Source: Patescibacteria group bacterium (GTDB lineage Bacteria > Patescibacteriota > UBA1384 > XYA2-FULL-43-10 > 1-14-0-10-43-13). Taken from it: a stretch of 57,337 nt of DNA. The notes beneath the pieces were generated by a model that saw only the letters and a list, made by a program, of their open reading frames with translations, was not told the origin of the DNA and ran no database searches. Location: assembly GCA_041666325.1 (NCBI GenBank), contig JBAYHC010000001.1, positions 1 to 57,337 of the forward strand, given 5' to 3'. The translations under genes and the position numbers were made by a program. Of the stretch, positions 41,601-51,600 are shown piece after piece (position 1 is the first letter of the stretch; every line of letters starts with the position of its first letter).

Positions 41601-44600
41601 CATAACTACCGCCGGAATAGTTTCCTGATCCCTTGCCTGGGCCGTTATTCGCCGAATAGCCCTTACCATCGACATTAATCTTTCCTGTAGAATCTACTGT
41701 CAATGCATCAAAAAGTAGGTTCATTTTATAAGTTTCACCTGCTGCGTCAGTAGAATTGGCATAATGCGTTAGGATTCCCCCATTGGTCACTATCCATGTA
41801 CCAGAACCGGTATAGTCCTGAACACCAGCAGAGGTATCCGGAAGCACAGTGCCGGCATTAACGGTTTTACCGTTATTGTTAATGGTGACTGTTTTAGTAC
41901 CGTCAGCCAGTTGCTTATAAATTGTTCCGGCACCGCCACCAGCATCAGAGCTCACCCCATTACTTCCGCCATAAGCTTGAGCGGCAACTGAACCAGTGTT
42001 GTTGCCACTAGTTAGAGTGATTGCAATGCGACCACCTCCAGCGCCCCAAGTACCGGTTCCGGTATAGGCATTTGCGCTGATTGTCCCGCCGCCTATCATT
42101 GTACCGGACGTGATATTTACTGTACCACCGGAGCAAGAGGCACTATTAGAAACAGTTTGCCCGCCTGCGCTAACTATGCTGCCAGTCACCAAATTAGTTT
42201 GGCCCGTAACATTAAGAATGATCGCGCCGCCGCCAAAGATATCACTCCTACTACTACCTGAGCCAAGGCTAATTGGGTTTGTTACCGAACCATACGTCGA
42301 ACTGGCAACCTGGTCAACGCCAACACCGCCATAGCCAGAGGTCAATTTGCCAGCAGTATAACCTGGCCCCTGACTCTGGCCATAACCCTTGCCGGTAACA
42401 TCAATTTTGCCAGTCGCGTCAACTGTCAAGGCGTCAACCGAAAGCTTCACTTTTTTGAGTAGATTATCAGCCGTTGCGGTGACAGCGCTCGAGTTGGGTA
42501 ATGAAGTTAGGATTGCCCCGTTCGTAATCGTCCATGTGCCGGTGCCAGTGTAATCCTGCACTCCAGCTGAGGTATCAGGCAAGATTGTCCCGGAGTTTGT
42601 TGTAATAGCATTATTATTAATCGTGACTGTTTTTGTGCCGCCGAGACTTTGGTAAACAGTTCCCGCCCCACCACTCGAAGTACCCCCGGCTGAACCTACC
42701 GCTCCGTAAGCCGTCGGTGTCCCGGAGTAAGTACTTGTAGTTGCTGTGATTGAGATTCGCCCACCACCGGAAGCGCGCTGACCCGCTCGGCCATTAGCCG
42801 TAATTGTACCACTACCGGACATTGAACCTGCGGTTATGTAAACACTACCGCCGGCGCCAGGATCATCAGCACCGAGGCCATTAGAGGAAATCGAACCGTT
42901 ATTAGCCAAGGCCCCACTAACAGTAAGCTTGATTGCTCCGCCACCGGATCCGCCAGAGCCGCCGGAGCCAAAATTAACCGGCGCCGTAACTGAACCGTAG
43001 GTATCCCGACTTGTTGTGGACTGCCCGCCTTTGCCGCCATAACTGCCACCACAATAGTTCGAACAAGCCGTGTTTGGACCCTGGTTGTAATCATAGCCAA
43101 GGCCATCAACATTGACTATGCCGTTAATCGTCAAGTCGCCCGTAATGGTCAGATCAATTTTATATGTCTCGGCAGTACTATTATCCGAGTGTGACAAAAT
43201 ACCATCGGCCGCAACAGTTAAATTGGTAAGACCGGAAATTGTCCCGGTCGAGTCGGCATTAAAGGTAACCTTCGAAATTGAGAAGTTTGCCGAAGTTGTT
43301 ACTGTTCCACGATTAGTAATTGCCCCGGCAGCGGTGCCGCTGCCACTAGAGAGAGCAGTCTCCGAATCCATGATTAACGTTGTCCCGGCAATGACAATCA
43401 GCTCAGCTTTGCGATCCACGGTGACAGTATCGAATTGCCATGTCTGACCGGTCGGAATCTCTGTGCTATAACCGGAACGCACCAAATTGTTATTGTCGAC
43501 TATCAAGGCTCCGTAAGTTTGGCCGCCGGTGTTTTTATACACCGTTCCGGCGCCGCTCTGATATGTATAGGTTGAAGTGCCGCAATATGCGGAAACTGTA
43601 CCGCTGTGGGTATTTGTCGCAGCAATAATTGCCACGCGACCGCCGCCGCCGCTTCGTTCGTTGGAGCTGTTTCCGCCATTGGCACTGATCGTGCCATTAC
43701 CGGAAACCGAGTTAGCACTGATAGATACGCTTCCACCAGAACCGGTCTCAGCCACAGCAGCGCCATTGGCACTGATCGTGCCATTTTGGGTGAGTGAACC
43801 CGTGATTGCCAATCTGATCGCGCCACCGCCCGCCGCCCCTCCTCCGTCACCGCCGGAGCCTAAGGCTAGCGGCACTTTCGGGTCCCCATATGTGGCCGCG
43901 CTTGTCCCCCAACCCTTACCGCCATAGGTTCCGGCGTGCCAATCAGCTCCGGCACTACCGGGACCGGTATTTTGGGCAAAGCCTTTTCCGTCCGCGCTGA
44001 TTTTCGCCCCTGTTCCAACGGTTACATCATTGGCAACTTTAAGGATTATCCCTCTTCCGCACTTTGGTGTTCCCGAAGAACAACCATTTGGAGTGACGAC
44101 ACTGCCCGAATCATCAGTCGGGTTGACGGTGGTATCGCCGGAAAAGACGAGGGTGATGCCACCAGTAGCAGCTTGGTTGAGGGTGATGTCGTGTTGGATA
44201 TCCCAGATATGGGCGGCGGTGCCGCCGGTGATGGGGTTTTTGTCAAAGGTAATGGTTTGGTTGTAGTTGTTTTGAACGATGAAGTCGTAGATGTTGTTGT
44301 TGACAGCTCCGGTTGAGACTAAAGCAGCTGAGCCGTTGCCTGGGGTAGTGTTGGCAACAGCGCCATCGAAGATCACATCGTCATTCGCCGCGGGAGCGTG
44401 GCCGCAATCCCAGTTGCCGGCTGTCGTCCAGGCGGCATTGGCAATGCCCTGCCAGGTGCAAGCGACCCCACCGGCCCCAACATTCGGGTCAACAGTGATC
44501 GGGAATTCGGCAGTGGCTAGGAAGTCAGGATCAATGGTGTATTTAATAATCTCTTGATTACCCCTGTTGTCATTCTGAACTGAAAGTGAAGAATCTAGCA

Positions 44601-46038
44601 AAGCGTTTGCATTCGTTCCTTCGGAACTAGATCCTTCGCTACTCTCGGGATGACGAACAGGAAGAGCAGCATCTTCTATGGTCATGCTGATCTTGCCCTG
44701 TTTCTTCTTGGCATCTTCAATCGTTGGAGCATAGAGGCGGAAGACTGGGGGAATGGTTTCGTTCTCTATCTCGTTCTTCTTGCCTCTATCTTCTTCTCGG
44801 TAAGCTAGCCATGAACCGTCTTTGTCTGGGTCTTCGGTGAAAAAGAAGTTATTGGTGGAATTAAGGGAGAATATAAGAGTGCTGGAAATCTTTTCAGAAT
44901 TGTCATTCTGAGGTGAAACCGAAGAATCTCCTGATTGAGGGGATCCTTCGCTCTGCTCAGGATGACCAGAAGAAACCTTAGGATGACTAATTAGAGCTTC
45001 CTTAGACTTGATAGTGATGAACTCTTTAACCTTGTTGGATTCCATGACATAACGAGCCGAGATTTGGTCGGTAATATGGTAGAGAACACCCTGGTCGCCC
45101 AAGGGCGTGACCTCGGTGTTGGCAATAGTGTTTGCGGGCAGGGAGTTGTTGTCTGGTATTTGGGCGGAAGAATCTTGAGCCTTGGCCTTTTGGGTGTCAT
45201 CCTGAACTGATGAGGCTATGAGGTGAAGGATCCCATCATATGCGTATGTAAGGGGATTCTTCGTTTCACTCAGAATGACATCATTTTCCCTATCCGATGG
45301 AGACGGAGTCCATAATCCGCTGACTTGCTGTCTAGATGACATGCTTACTTGCTTGAGTGTTTTCTCCTCCGGCACATTAAGCCCATCACTAAGGAGATTG
45401 ATTGAGAGCTGGTAGCTTGCGGCATTAGGGATACGGTCAGAGGTGGAGATGATATTAGCACCGACGGTTTTGGCTTCTTTGTTGGAGAAGCCGATAGTAA
45501 GATCATCATTGGTGCCGGTAAAGATAGTGGTGTCTTCCGGAGCGGAGGCAGCGATGTATTTGACCGAGGGCTTAAGTCCTGGGATAGAGGTAAAGAGATT
45601 GGAGTAGTTGGAGGAGATGGAAAAAGAGAGTGAGATGATGAAGATTAGGAGTGCGGAGATGTTTAGTTGGGAGAAGTAGGGGTAGGCATGAAGTCTATGA
45701 TAGAGTTTGCTCCGCATCGAGAGATAGACATGGAGGCGGTTTAATGATTTGAATGAGGTCTTGCCCGATTGCTGAAGTTGGATAATTTTGCGGTCGATTG
45801 CCTCAATCTTATCGGCTTCACGGCGTAAAGCATCGACTGCCTCGTCAATTACGACGGCGGTTTTTCGATCGACTCCAGCCTTTATATTTGGTGAATAGAC
45901 TTTTCTAAAATCAACTTTAACAAAACGCCGAAAGATAGTTGTGGATAACTTTTTACTCATACCAGAAAAAACAGAAATAATACCTAAAAACTTCCGTTTG
46001 GTCTTCCCAAAGGTGTGATGTTTAGTTTGAGAGTCCAA
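35620..46038 (-). CDS. Giant (3472-aa) N-terminally anchored surface protein: Gly-rich repeat modules, Ig-like region, FN3 array
   Basis: Single uninterrupted ORF. TTG start 9 nt after AGGAGG. TM ISALLIFIISLSFSISS at about aa 125-145. No C-terminal sorting motif. Confidence 0.9.
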   Translation of the reverse strand: MDSQTKHHTFGKTKRKFLGIISVFSGMSKKLSTTIFRRFVKVDFRKVYSPNIKAGVDRKTAVVIDEAVDALRREADKIEAIDRKIIQLQQSGKTSFKSLNRLHVYLSMRSKLYHRLHAYPYFSQLNISALLIFIISLSFSISSNYSNLFTSIPGLKPSVKYIAASAPEDTTIFTGTNDDLTIGFSNKEAKTVGANIISTSDRIPNAASYQLSINLLSDGLNVPEEKTLKQVSMSSRQQVSGLWTPSPSDRENDVILSETKNPLTYAYDGILHLIASSVQDDTQKAKAQDSSAQIPDNNSLPANTIANTEVTPLGDQGVLYHITDQISARYVMESNKVKEFITIKSKEALISHPKVSSGHPEQSEGSPQSGDSSVSPQNDNSEKISSTLIFSLNSTNNFFFTEDPDKDGSWLAYREEDRGKKNEIENETIPPVFRLYAPTIEDAKKKQGKISMTIEDAALPVRHPESSEGSSSEGTNANALLDSSLSVQNDNRGNQEIIKYTIDPDFLATAEFPITVDPNVGAGGVACTWQGIANAAWTTAGNWDCGHAPAANDDVIFDGAVANTTPGNGSAALVSTGAVNNNIYDFIVQNNYNQTITFDKNPITGGTAAHIWDIQHDITLNQAATGGITLVFSGDTTVNPTDDSGSVVTPNGCSSGTPKCGRGIILKVANDVTVGTGAKISADGKGFAQNTGPGSAGADWHAGTYGGKGWGTSAATYGDPKVPLALGSGGDGGGAAGGGAIRLAITGSLTQNGTISANGAAVAETGSGGSVSISANSVSGNGTISANGGNSSNERSGGGGRVAIIAATNTHSGTVSAYCGTSTYTYQSGAGTVYKNTGGQTYGALIVDNNNLVRSGYSTEIPTGQTWQFDTVTVDRKAELIVIAGTTLIMDSETALSSGSGTAAGAITNRGTVTTSANFSISKVTFNADSTGTISGLTNLTVAADGILSHSDNSTAETYKIDLTITGDLTINGIVNVDGLGYDYNQGPNTACSNYCGGSYGGKGGQSTTSRDTYGSVTAPVNFGSGGSGGSGGGAIKLTVSGALANNGSISSNGLGADDPGAGGSVYITAGSMSGSGTITANGRAGQRASGGGRISITATTSTYSGTPTAYGAVGSAGGTSSGGAGTVYQSLGGTKTVTINNNAITTNSGTILPDTSAGVQDYTGTGTWTITNGAILTSLPNSSAVTATADNLLKKVKLSVDALTVDATGKIDVTGKGYGQSQGPGYTAGKLTSGYGGVGVDQVASSTYGSVTNPISLGSGSSRSDIFGGGAIILNVTGQTNLVTGSIVSAGGQTVSNSASCSGGTVNITSGTMIGGGTISANAYTGTGTWGAGGGRIAITLTSGNNTGSVAAQAYGGSNGVSSDAGGGAGTIYKQLADGTKTVTINNNGKTVNAGTVLPDTSAGVQDYTGSGTWIVTNGGILTHYANSTDAAGETYKMNLLFDALTVDSTGKINVDGKGYSANNGPGKGSGNYSGGSYGGRGGNGSGSAVSGSVYGSSTEPVNIGSGGVSGTAGGGAIKVTVSGALTNNGAVSSIGGSGNAGNGSGGSVYLIAASMSGTGTISATGGVTNSYGAGGGGRIALSISGTLTQGNTISANGGSASSGAYYTSGGAGGSVYINAGTFEGAGAISANGYYASNGGNITIVATTTTYSGALTVTSGSVNVNAVPIVGMAGVISLPSSQMGASGNLTLGGAGNMTSLILGNTDSTQNPPTAVSYTFSSITINSGGTLVLDGNASTNPDPIPTGCSTEVKCGTGGSITATNITINSGGTLNADGKGFAPDAGPGKGVNNYAGGSYGGRGGNENGTSGPTYGTVASPLSLGSGGRGSSYGGGAIKLTVSGILNNNGGTISANGVSGNAGNGSGGSIFITANQLTNSGTISAVGGTSNSYGGGGGGRIAVIITGDTSFAQSGTISVNGGTTGSGVAFSGGSGGSIYMLLSSFSGSGAITANGVYKDGSGGSIAIYPTGTDTYSQGSATASKNGNGTIGTVAFQHVPAVTFSSPADTATNVSQLPTISFTATDSDNPADWYRMKVEIATDSGFTANAATFTQANDTNSFNTGGYQGSYTGMNYDGGGASTQDGYTSGTAGTFTFTSALTQGQAYYVRLSSCDPSGACGTLNQYSTASTRSFTIAAIDKVVFTNDAKTTIAHTVSTLYTAVVRNAIDEDVTVASQQIDLTSDLATNGTTRLFCSDNSSAVACKAAVITSITLTNVSSGTFYFYDETVGSATLTADPAGQSWTNATQAATITADVASRIQLSISGSPASTTTGATLTGTITAYDQYDNTATDYTGDKSITFSGAANAAAAPGGGTIYPTATDKTSTPINFGTTTTTTFTSGVSAATSIVLKKTETISLSVTDGTLSDQSPTDQRYSIQVRPGNLDHYGMSDYPQAGTAQFATAGFPWNSTGLAGGSQSPYDIVVTTYDAYSNLKYDYSGPIWFSMDADKVYTFPYDAASNKLDFTWSSNYIDGQHDLRTTTGDTYDNGRHIFDSSAFTVSTGGTSLAFYLHGKNGADAITPTNLPIKIKPASLGSLGIAFSPAMTTAPIDSAATSDVIVTAYDVLGNVKTDYTGQVYFTSTDSAVTLPNTSVSKYTFQVADLGAKTFDNAAFIFGTGGNHRITVTDDSTDPGTSYTATTGVVVVPTHAPSQVSATAGHESVTLAWTNTTDAAVSKMNIYQSTTQGELGTKLGSQPSVTPGTVSQYAVTGLTNGTTYYFTLKSVHLDPTEVEIESAASTQVEAMPADIAPRSVTAIQQSTGKIKVDYGLRYDSAVTVQYYNPTTATWHNATTAALSGDVGAGITGSEAISSHTLYYQIATDYPNQYFTALQGFKIKVKGTTNQGTGEGISNDLLLDTKPPRVNNGESAVLVDATGDNTATITLLAREDGATEQAIQYRISNNQDMSNASEWATLSAKPTTVSSWSLGDSAIIYVEFKDPYNNVLSASNAITNTPTDFALKDGSNLEVGTYRLMLIWTDPDVSNFANYTVERSLDGSSFSQLDTTTKNGYLDVKLNQSQRYYYRVKTADTLGNVSRPTAVLSSQPGAAPDVTASPTITLQNWKQEYGVRATVTWNTDQLADSFVVYSKEPLESGTGTTTTSGTAAQVVGQFDSTLSHSVLVQQLEPSTKYYFKTLSQNEVKITGASEVVEVTTPERVPLTLSSVTPTATTNTSTTVTWTTNKLSTTVLEYGTTTSYGSTKSETNQNTDHAIKLEDLSPGTTYHVRIKATDADENTTTSDDYAIAIPPTPTISGLKIEDLKPTQATITWTTNVNADSKVSFGPAGGAYTSEQGKSDLTTLHSVTIIGLESAKSYHYQVKSTDSYGNVATSSDATFTAPTDTTPPVISTTKSEVTTTGSGESAKIMAIITWETDEPSTSQVEYGQGISDEYQSKTEEVTTFNMTHTVIIPDIRPNASYQFRIISKDASGNMTKSQDQTIITPTKEKSLLQLVVKSLEETFSWTKRLKDAPLINKFRRN
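35740..38110 (-). repeat. Array of at least 6 FN3-like domains in the C-terminal part of the giant ORF
   Basis: Repeated (A/T)(T/V)(I/V)TW(T/N)T(N/D) ... Y(Y/H)(F/Y/V)(R/K/T) strands, e.g. TVTWTTNKLSTTVLEYG...TTYHVRIKA and ATITWTTNVNADSKVSFG...YHYQVKS. Confidence 0.7.
40050..44010 (-). repeat. Five 240-320-aa Gly-rich modules inside the giant ORF
   Basis: Recurring pattern DGKG(F/Y)..GPG..GGSYGG(K/R)GG..YGS...P...GSGG..GGGAIKLTVSG.L.NNG.ISANG..GSGGS(V/I)YI.A...SG.GTISA.G...GGGGRIA. The DGKG anchors lie near 43990, 43100, 42390, 41665 and 40708. Confidence 0.8.
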
Positions 46039-46175
46039 TTCCCCATCCCTCCTGATTCATTTACTGTAATCAGTATATAAAAAAACACTGATTGCTGCAA
46101 TGCATCTTGCCTAAGTGCTTCCCTGGAAATGGTATCATATTCCGTAAAGGTATTATCGTTAGTACTAATTTCGTT

Positions 46176-46802
46176 TTAGGCAGACGGCGCTTCGTCTGAT
46201 CCAGAGTCCGGATTTCCCTCTCTCTCAAGTCTGTCAAGCTTCTTTAGTACCTTGGGTATGGCCGTAAAGTCTAATTTGAATTGATTTAATATTGTTGTGC
46301 CGCGGAGTGCTGCTGCCGGATGATACATTGGGATAAGGACCCTTCTTTTGCCGGCAAAGTTGATCCACTTGGGTTGCCCGTGAACTTGGGAAATCTTCGT
46401 GTCGGGCAGGAATTTACCCATCGAAAACCGCCCTAGGGTAACGATTACCTTGGGGTCGATAATCTCGATCTGCTTGTCAACAAAGGGCTTGAATGCCTCT
46501 AACTCTTCGGGTAGTGGATCTCTGTTCTCGGGTGGACGAAAGTAAACAACATTGGAGATCCAGATATCTTCCCGCTTAATGCCGATCTCCAAGAGTGTTT
46601 CATTGAGGAGTTTTCCTGCTCGGCCGCAAAACGGAATACCTTGTTGGTCTTCGTTAAATCCAGGCGCTTCACCAAGAAAGAAGAGTGGTGAATCAGGGTT
46701 GCCATGACCAAAGACAAGATTGGTCGCACCGGCTCTTAGGGGCAGCGTGCTTTCGGCGCTGATTTGATGGCGTAGTTTTTCTAGCTCTTCAATCTTAGAC
46801 AT
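46176..46802 (-). CDS. Uracil-DNA glycosylase, family 4-like
   Basis: GEAPGFNEDQQGIPFCGRAGKLL motif and a C-terminal HPAAALR motif. ATG at 46802 (MSKIEELEKL) is preferred over the track's TTG at 46841. Confidence 0.85.
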   Translation of the reverse strand: MSKIEELEKLRHQISAESTLPLRAGATNLVFGHGNPDSPLFFLGEAPGFNEDQQGIPFCGRAGKLLNETLLEIGIKREDIWISNVVYFRPPENRDPLPEELEAFKPFVDKQIEIIDPKVIVTLGRFSMGKFLPDTKISQVHGQPKWINFAGKRRVLIPMYHPAAALRGTTILNQFKLDFTAIPKVLKKLDRLEREGNPDSGSDEAPSA

Positions 46803-46848
46803 AATTGTTTTCAGTATAGGACGAGATCGGACAAAAATCAAAAGTGGC

Positions 46849-47844
46849 TTACAGCCATTGAGTTGGCGTTTTAAGAAACTGTTCTATTGTTTGACCTACC
46901 TCGGCTGCATTGCTTGTTTCCATTAATGCCATTTTGAGTTCTTTGGCGCCATCGTAGCCTTTTAGATAGGAAGCAAAGTGTTTGCGCATGAGCATAAATG
47001 GCCGAGAGTTACCCAGAAGTTGTTCAAAAAGCTTGGTGTGCTCGAATAGAACTGCTAGAACTTCAGCTAGGGGTAAGTCACCTTTTTTGATCTCTTTGTT
47101 GAAAAACCATGGATTGCCAAAGATACCGCGGCCAATCATAGCGCCATCGATCTTGTAGGTCTGAACTTTTTTTATGGCTTCTTCGGTACTCCTGACGTCA
47201 CCGTTGCCAAGAATGACGATATCACTCCCCCGTGCCATTGTGGCAACTTGTCCGATTATGTCCCAATTGGCTGGAACTTTTGACATCTCTTTCCTGGTTC
47301 TGCCGTGAACTGTGATAGCTGCTGGCTGGGCTTCCAGTAATGCCGGAATCCACTCCTCGATGTCGATCTTGCTAAAGCCGATCCGGGTCTTGACTGAGAC
47401 GGGCTTCTCTCCTGCGCCTTCCTTGGTAGCGGCGATAACCTCTTTCGCTAAGGTTGAATCCTTAATTAAAGCCGATCCGGCACCCTGCTTGACAACTGAT
47501 TTGTCGGGACATCCCATATTGATATCAATACCATCGAAATCTAACCCAGAGACTATCTTCGCCGCCAAATAGAAGTTTTCCGGCTTAGATCCGAAGAGCT
47601 GAGCAACGATTGGTCTCTCTGAGTTATCGTATTGAAGGTCGAAAAGAACACGGTCCCGTCCCTTATTTGAGACAATGCCGTCAACTGAGGCGAACTCAGT
47701 GAACATGACGTCTGGTTTGCCATACTTGGCAATTATTTGCCGAAAAGCGGCGTCTGTGACGTCTTCCATTGGCGCGAGTGCCAAAATCGGCTTGGTTAAA
47801 GTGGGCCAGAAATTAGTGTTCGACATGTCGTCAAAACATAGCAC
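46849..47844 (-). CDS. dus: tRNA-dihydrouridine synthase
   Basis: LAPMEDVTDAAFRQI, DINMGCP and VHGRT motifs of the Dus TIM barrel. Confidence 0.9.
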   Translation of the reverse strand: MLCFDDMSNTNFWPTLTKPILALAPMEDVTDAAFRQIIAKYGKPDVMFTEFASVDGIVSNKGRDRVLFDLQYDNSERPIVAQLFGSKPENFYLAAKIVSGLDFDGIDINMGCPDKSVVKQGAGSALIKDSTLAKEVIAATKEGAGEKPVSVKTRIGFSKIDIEEWIPALLEAQPAAITVHGRTRKEMSKVPANWDIIGQVATMARGSDIVILGNGDVRSTEEAIKKVQTYKIDGAMIGRGIFGNPWFFNKEIKKGDLPLAEVLAVLFEHTKLFEQLLGNSRPFMLMRKHFASYLKGYDGAKELKMALMETSNAAEVGQTIEQFLKTPTQWL

Positions 47845-47931
47845 ATTTGAGTCTCAAATTATAGACCATGAAAGCAGACGTGTTTGTTTGAACTAAATTA
47901 ATATCTCGAAGAGATGGGACATCAATTCGGC

Positions 47932-48570
47932 TTATATTTGCTTGGCAAAGATTATCCAGCGCTTGGATGTTGTGCCTGGAGGCCAGCAGGTCATAAGGGT
48001 CAAAGTCTTGTCGTCTTTATCGTCTGGAGTGGCATCAGTAATGCTAAAGTCATCGGCTGCCACGGCCTTTGAAGCTACTACCTCATATTCGTAGTTGTCT
48101 CTTTTGTAAAAAACTACAAACCTATCCCCAACTTTCATTGAGTTGATGTCCTTAAATACTTCTTTGAAATTACCCGGCCTGTCTTTGTAGTATTTGGAGT
48201 GGCCAAAGATGAAGAGATTGCCCTTTTCTTTGGGCGACGTGGCATGATTGCGGCTGAGGGCAACACCATTCTCGATTGCTTTTAAGTATTGTGCTTCGTT
48301 GTTGTCGTCAACATCAGGAATAATTGGCGCCCAGATATTTATCTGGGGAACAGATAACCCAAACTCACCAATATCAGCTTTGATAGGGGTATTGTCCTCT
48401 GTTGCATAGTCTATGACGCTGGCGATAATTGTCTTAGTGTCAGATTTTTTGATCCGCTTGTAATAATAAGCAGTTCCTATCGCTGACACGATGACAAGAA
48501 AAGCAATCGCGGCCGGCACACCGATAATTAATTTCTTATTACGCTTTTTGAAAGTGAATTTATAATCCAT
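47932..48570 (-). CDS. Sortase-family transpeptidase
   Basis: 212 aa. N-terminal TM, FGHS (catalytic His context), LTLMTCWPPG (TLxTC catalytic Cys). Directly downstream of an LPLTG protein. Confidence 0.85.
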   Translation of the reverse strand: MDYKFTFKKRNKKLIIGVPAAIAFLVIVSAIGTAYYYKRIKKSDTKTIIASVIDYATEDNTPIKADIGEFGLSVPQINIWAPIIPDVDDNNEAQYLKAIENGVALSRNHATSPKEKGNLFIFGHSKYYKDRPGNFKEVFKDINSMKVGDRFVVFYKRDNYEYEVVASKAVAADDFSITDATPDDKDDKTLTLMTCWPPGTTSKRWIIFAKQI

Positions 48571-48595
48571 TTTGTCCTTTGTACGATTTTCGACA

Positions 48596-48627
48596 CGGAA
48601 CGACCCCGATATCCGGGGCCGCTTCCG
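48596..48627 (-). other. Strong hairpin between the LPLTG-protein gene and the sortase gene
   Basis: cggaacgaccccg / cggggccgcttccg gives about 12 bp with one bulge and one mismatch. There is no T tract after it on the coding strand. Confidence 0.6.
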
Positions 48628-48638
48628 TACCGATGTCT

Positions 48639-51600
48639 TCAGAATAGATTGCTTGCTAGATTAACCATCTTGACCCAAATTGCCTTCAATGTCCCCTCTT
48701 CGCCCGTGAGAGGCAGAACACCAGGTGTTGCACTCACTTGATTAGTATTTGTTGAGATATTGCCAGCTGTGTCATAAGAGCGAGCTGTGTAGTAATACTT
48801 CGTGCCATTGGTTAGGCTGGTGTCCTCGTAGCTGGTCGTTGTTTTGCTATCGACTGTCTTGACAAGGCTTCCCAGGGAGCCCTCTGTCGTTGACCGGTAA
48901 ATCTTAACACCTGTTAAATCAGAGTCAGTCGAATTTGTCCACGAAATAGTTGCCTTTTTGTCGCCAGCCGAAACAGCTATATTGGTTGGTGCTGACGGTG
49001 CGTTTGTGTCTGTCGAGGCAACAACTGCGAAGTCTGTCAGGTGGGTTGTAGCAAATGTAACAGTGTTTGTTGTTGTGTCAACTGAGCTAGCAGCAACGGA
49101 CTCCCACTGTCCACTATCCTCATTGAAGGCCTTCACAACCAGATTTGCTTCTTTGACGCCAGTTGGAATATCACCGTCATTGTAGTGAATTGTGCCTGTC
49201 ACCTGAGAAGCAAGAGTTGTAATAGAGTTACCGCTACCATCAATGGCTTCAACGGAGATACCCTTAATTGGAACATCGGCTTTTGTGCTAACAGCCTCTG
49301 CTTTCATTGGGGTTACCGTCAAAGTTGCGCTCGATGACGAACTACTGCTCGAGCCCTCTTCGCTGCTACTGCTTGAGCTTGATGACAATGCTCCGGTTGG
49401 AATTGCCAGAGAAGCATCAACTGCGCCGGATTTCGTTAGCTCAACAGTTGCTGGAGATGAACTACTAACATCTGCTGTTACTGCTTTGGCCAAAGAATCA
49501 GTTTTGGTCTCGGCTGTTAAGGTTAGTGTCTCTGTCTCACCCTTGTCAACGACTATCTTGCTGAAACCGCTCTCTGTGACCTCGCCGTTTTCTGGATTGT
49601 CTTTGCCTGCTTTGACTGAATATGCATCACCGGATTTATTTGATGGTAGATCAAACTTTACTGCTCCATTGATAGTACCATCTTTATCTTCCTCTGATCC
49701 ATCTGAAATCTCGAAAGCAATTGTGCCCTTGTCATTGAAGATCTGGACTGATGCTTCCTTGAGATCAGTACCATCGCTCTTGTTGATTTCTATTTCAGCA
49801 CTCGCATCAGCTTTGACCAGTGAGATTGTAACATCTGCACTCTCTTTGGACTTGATCTCGACCCTCGATGTCTCCGTTGCGAATAATCCCTGTTCCCGAG
49901 CATTCGTTACTAGATTATATGTATCCGGAGCGACGCTGATAGCGACAACACCATTTACGTCAGTAACACCGGAAAAACCGAATTCTGGACCCTCTGGACC
50001 CTCTGGTCTTGGGCCGCCAGGACCTTCATCGATAATATCAGCAAGTTTGTTGTTGGCAAAAACATTTACGCCCTCAATTGTATTGCCATCTTGATCCTTG
50101 ACGGTGACATTAATGGTGGCATCAACTTTAGCCAGAGTAAGATTGTGTGTTGTTGTGCCTCCGTCTGTTGTTGTCAAAGTCTTAGGACTCATGCTTGGAA
50201 TATACTCAGAAGTCCCTCCCATGATAGCATTTGCAGGAGCTACACCGACATTAACATCTGTAGCAGGTGGAACCTTGACGGTGTATGTACCAGTCGCAGT
50301 ATCAACTGAGCCTTCACTGAATCCGCCCTTCCAGAATGCACCTACCATGAGATTAAGCTTCTTGGCCGTTTCGCCCGTGATCTTCACATTATCATTTGAA
50401 GCATCTTGGATCTCGCCGGAAACTGTACCGGTCTTCTCTACTACTACAAGCTGAATCGTAGTATCGCCAGTAATCTCAACTGATTTTTCCTTGCCGGCGT
50501 ATTGAGAGTTTGGTGGATAGAAGGCATTGAAAGCGAATGTGCCTGTGGTAGTGTAAACAGTTGCTTGACCGCCAGCACCAGGTCCGCCAAATCCGGGACC
50601 AAATTGAGGTCCGCCAGTGCCAGTTGGGCGGGCATTAATCCAGTTGCCATCAGAAACAAGATTACCATCACCGTCTATGGTTGATACGGTAATTTTTTTG
50701 GTTGCCTTGTCGAATCTGAATGTTAGAGTATCTCCGCTTGAACCCTTCTGAGGACCTGTTGTTGGGAAAAGTTGGTTTGCGTCCATTGCACCTGTTGGTT
50801 TGCTGGCGGGACCTTCGGCCATTGCGCTTATGGTCCACTCCATCAATCCCATACGCTCTCCGCCCTTCTTTCCTCCACCCTCTTCGCCTCCTTCACGCAT
50901 GCCTGGCCCGCTACCACCGGGATTCGCCATGACACGATATGTCTTGCCCTTCATTACCTTGATCGTGCCAGTTCCATCTGAGCCAGTGAAAGACATCATT
51001 GGAGGGCCAGGATTCTTGGTGTCAAAAGCCATGATTGGCGTGCTAGCCAGTGCCGCGTCGCTGCCGCCATCAACACGATATGTTTGAACTGCGATTGATC
51101 CATCGAATGCCTGTAATTTGATCGTTCCAAGGCTATTGGCGCCCTTCTTGACTGCAAATCTGGTTTTGGGCACATAGTATTGTCCGCTCGGATCAAAGCG
51201 ATGAAGCTCCCACTCTCCGGTACCTGCAGATGTACTGAAGCTGAACGACCCATCGGTTGGATTAACCATCAATGGCTGGAAGCTATGTGTACGAAAATTC
51301 TGAGCTCCTGCTCCTCCTGATGCTGGCGTGCCATCTGGATTAATCAGTTTGCCGGTAACAGTAGCATTTGGCCGATCGACTAGCATCTCGAGCGAAACTG
51401 TCTCAGCTTCTGCGGCAGCCTTATTGAAGCTAATTGGCATCGGTGGCTTGGCTACAAATTCCGCCGGTGCTTGTTGCTGCTGCTGTCCTTGTCCTGGAGG
51501 AGGTGCGAATTGGGGCATAGCAGAGACCATCAGATTGCTTTTCTCGCCCTGAACAGAGACCCGAAGTTGCGCGACACCACTGCTGTTTGTCTGAGCAAAA

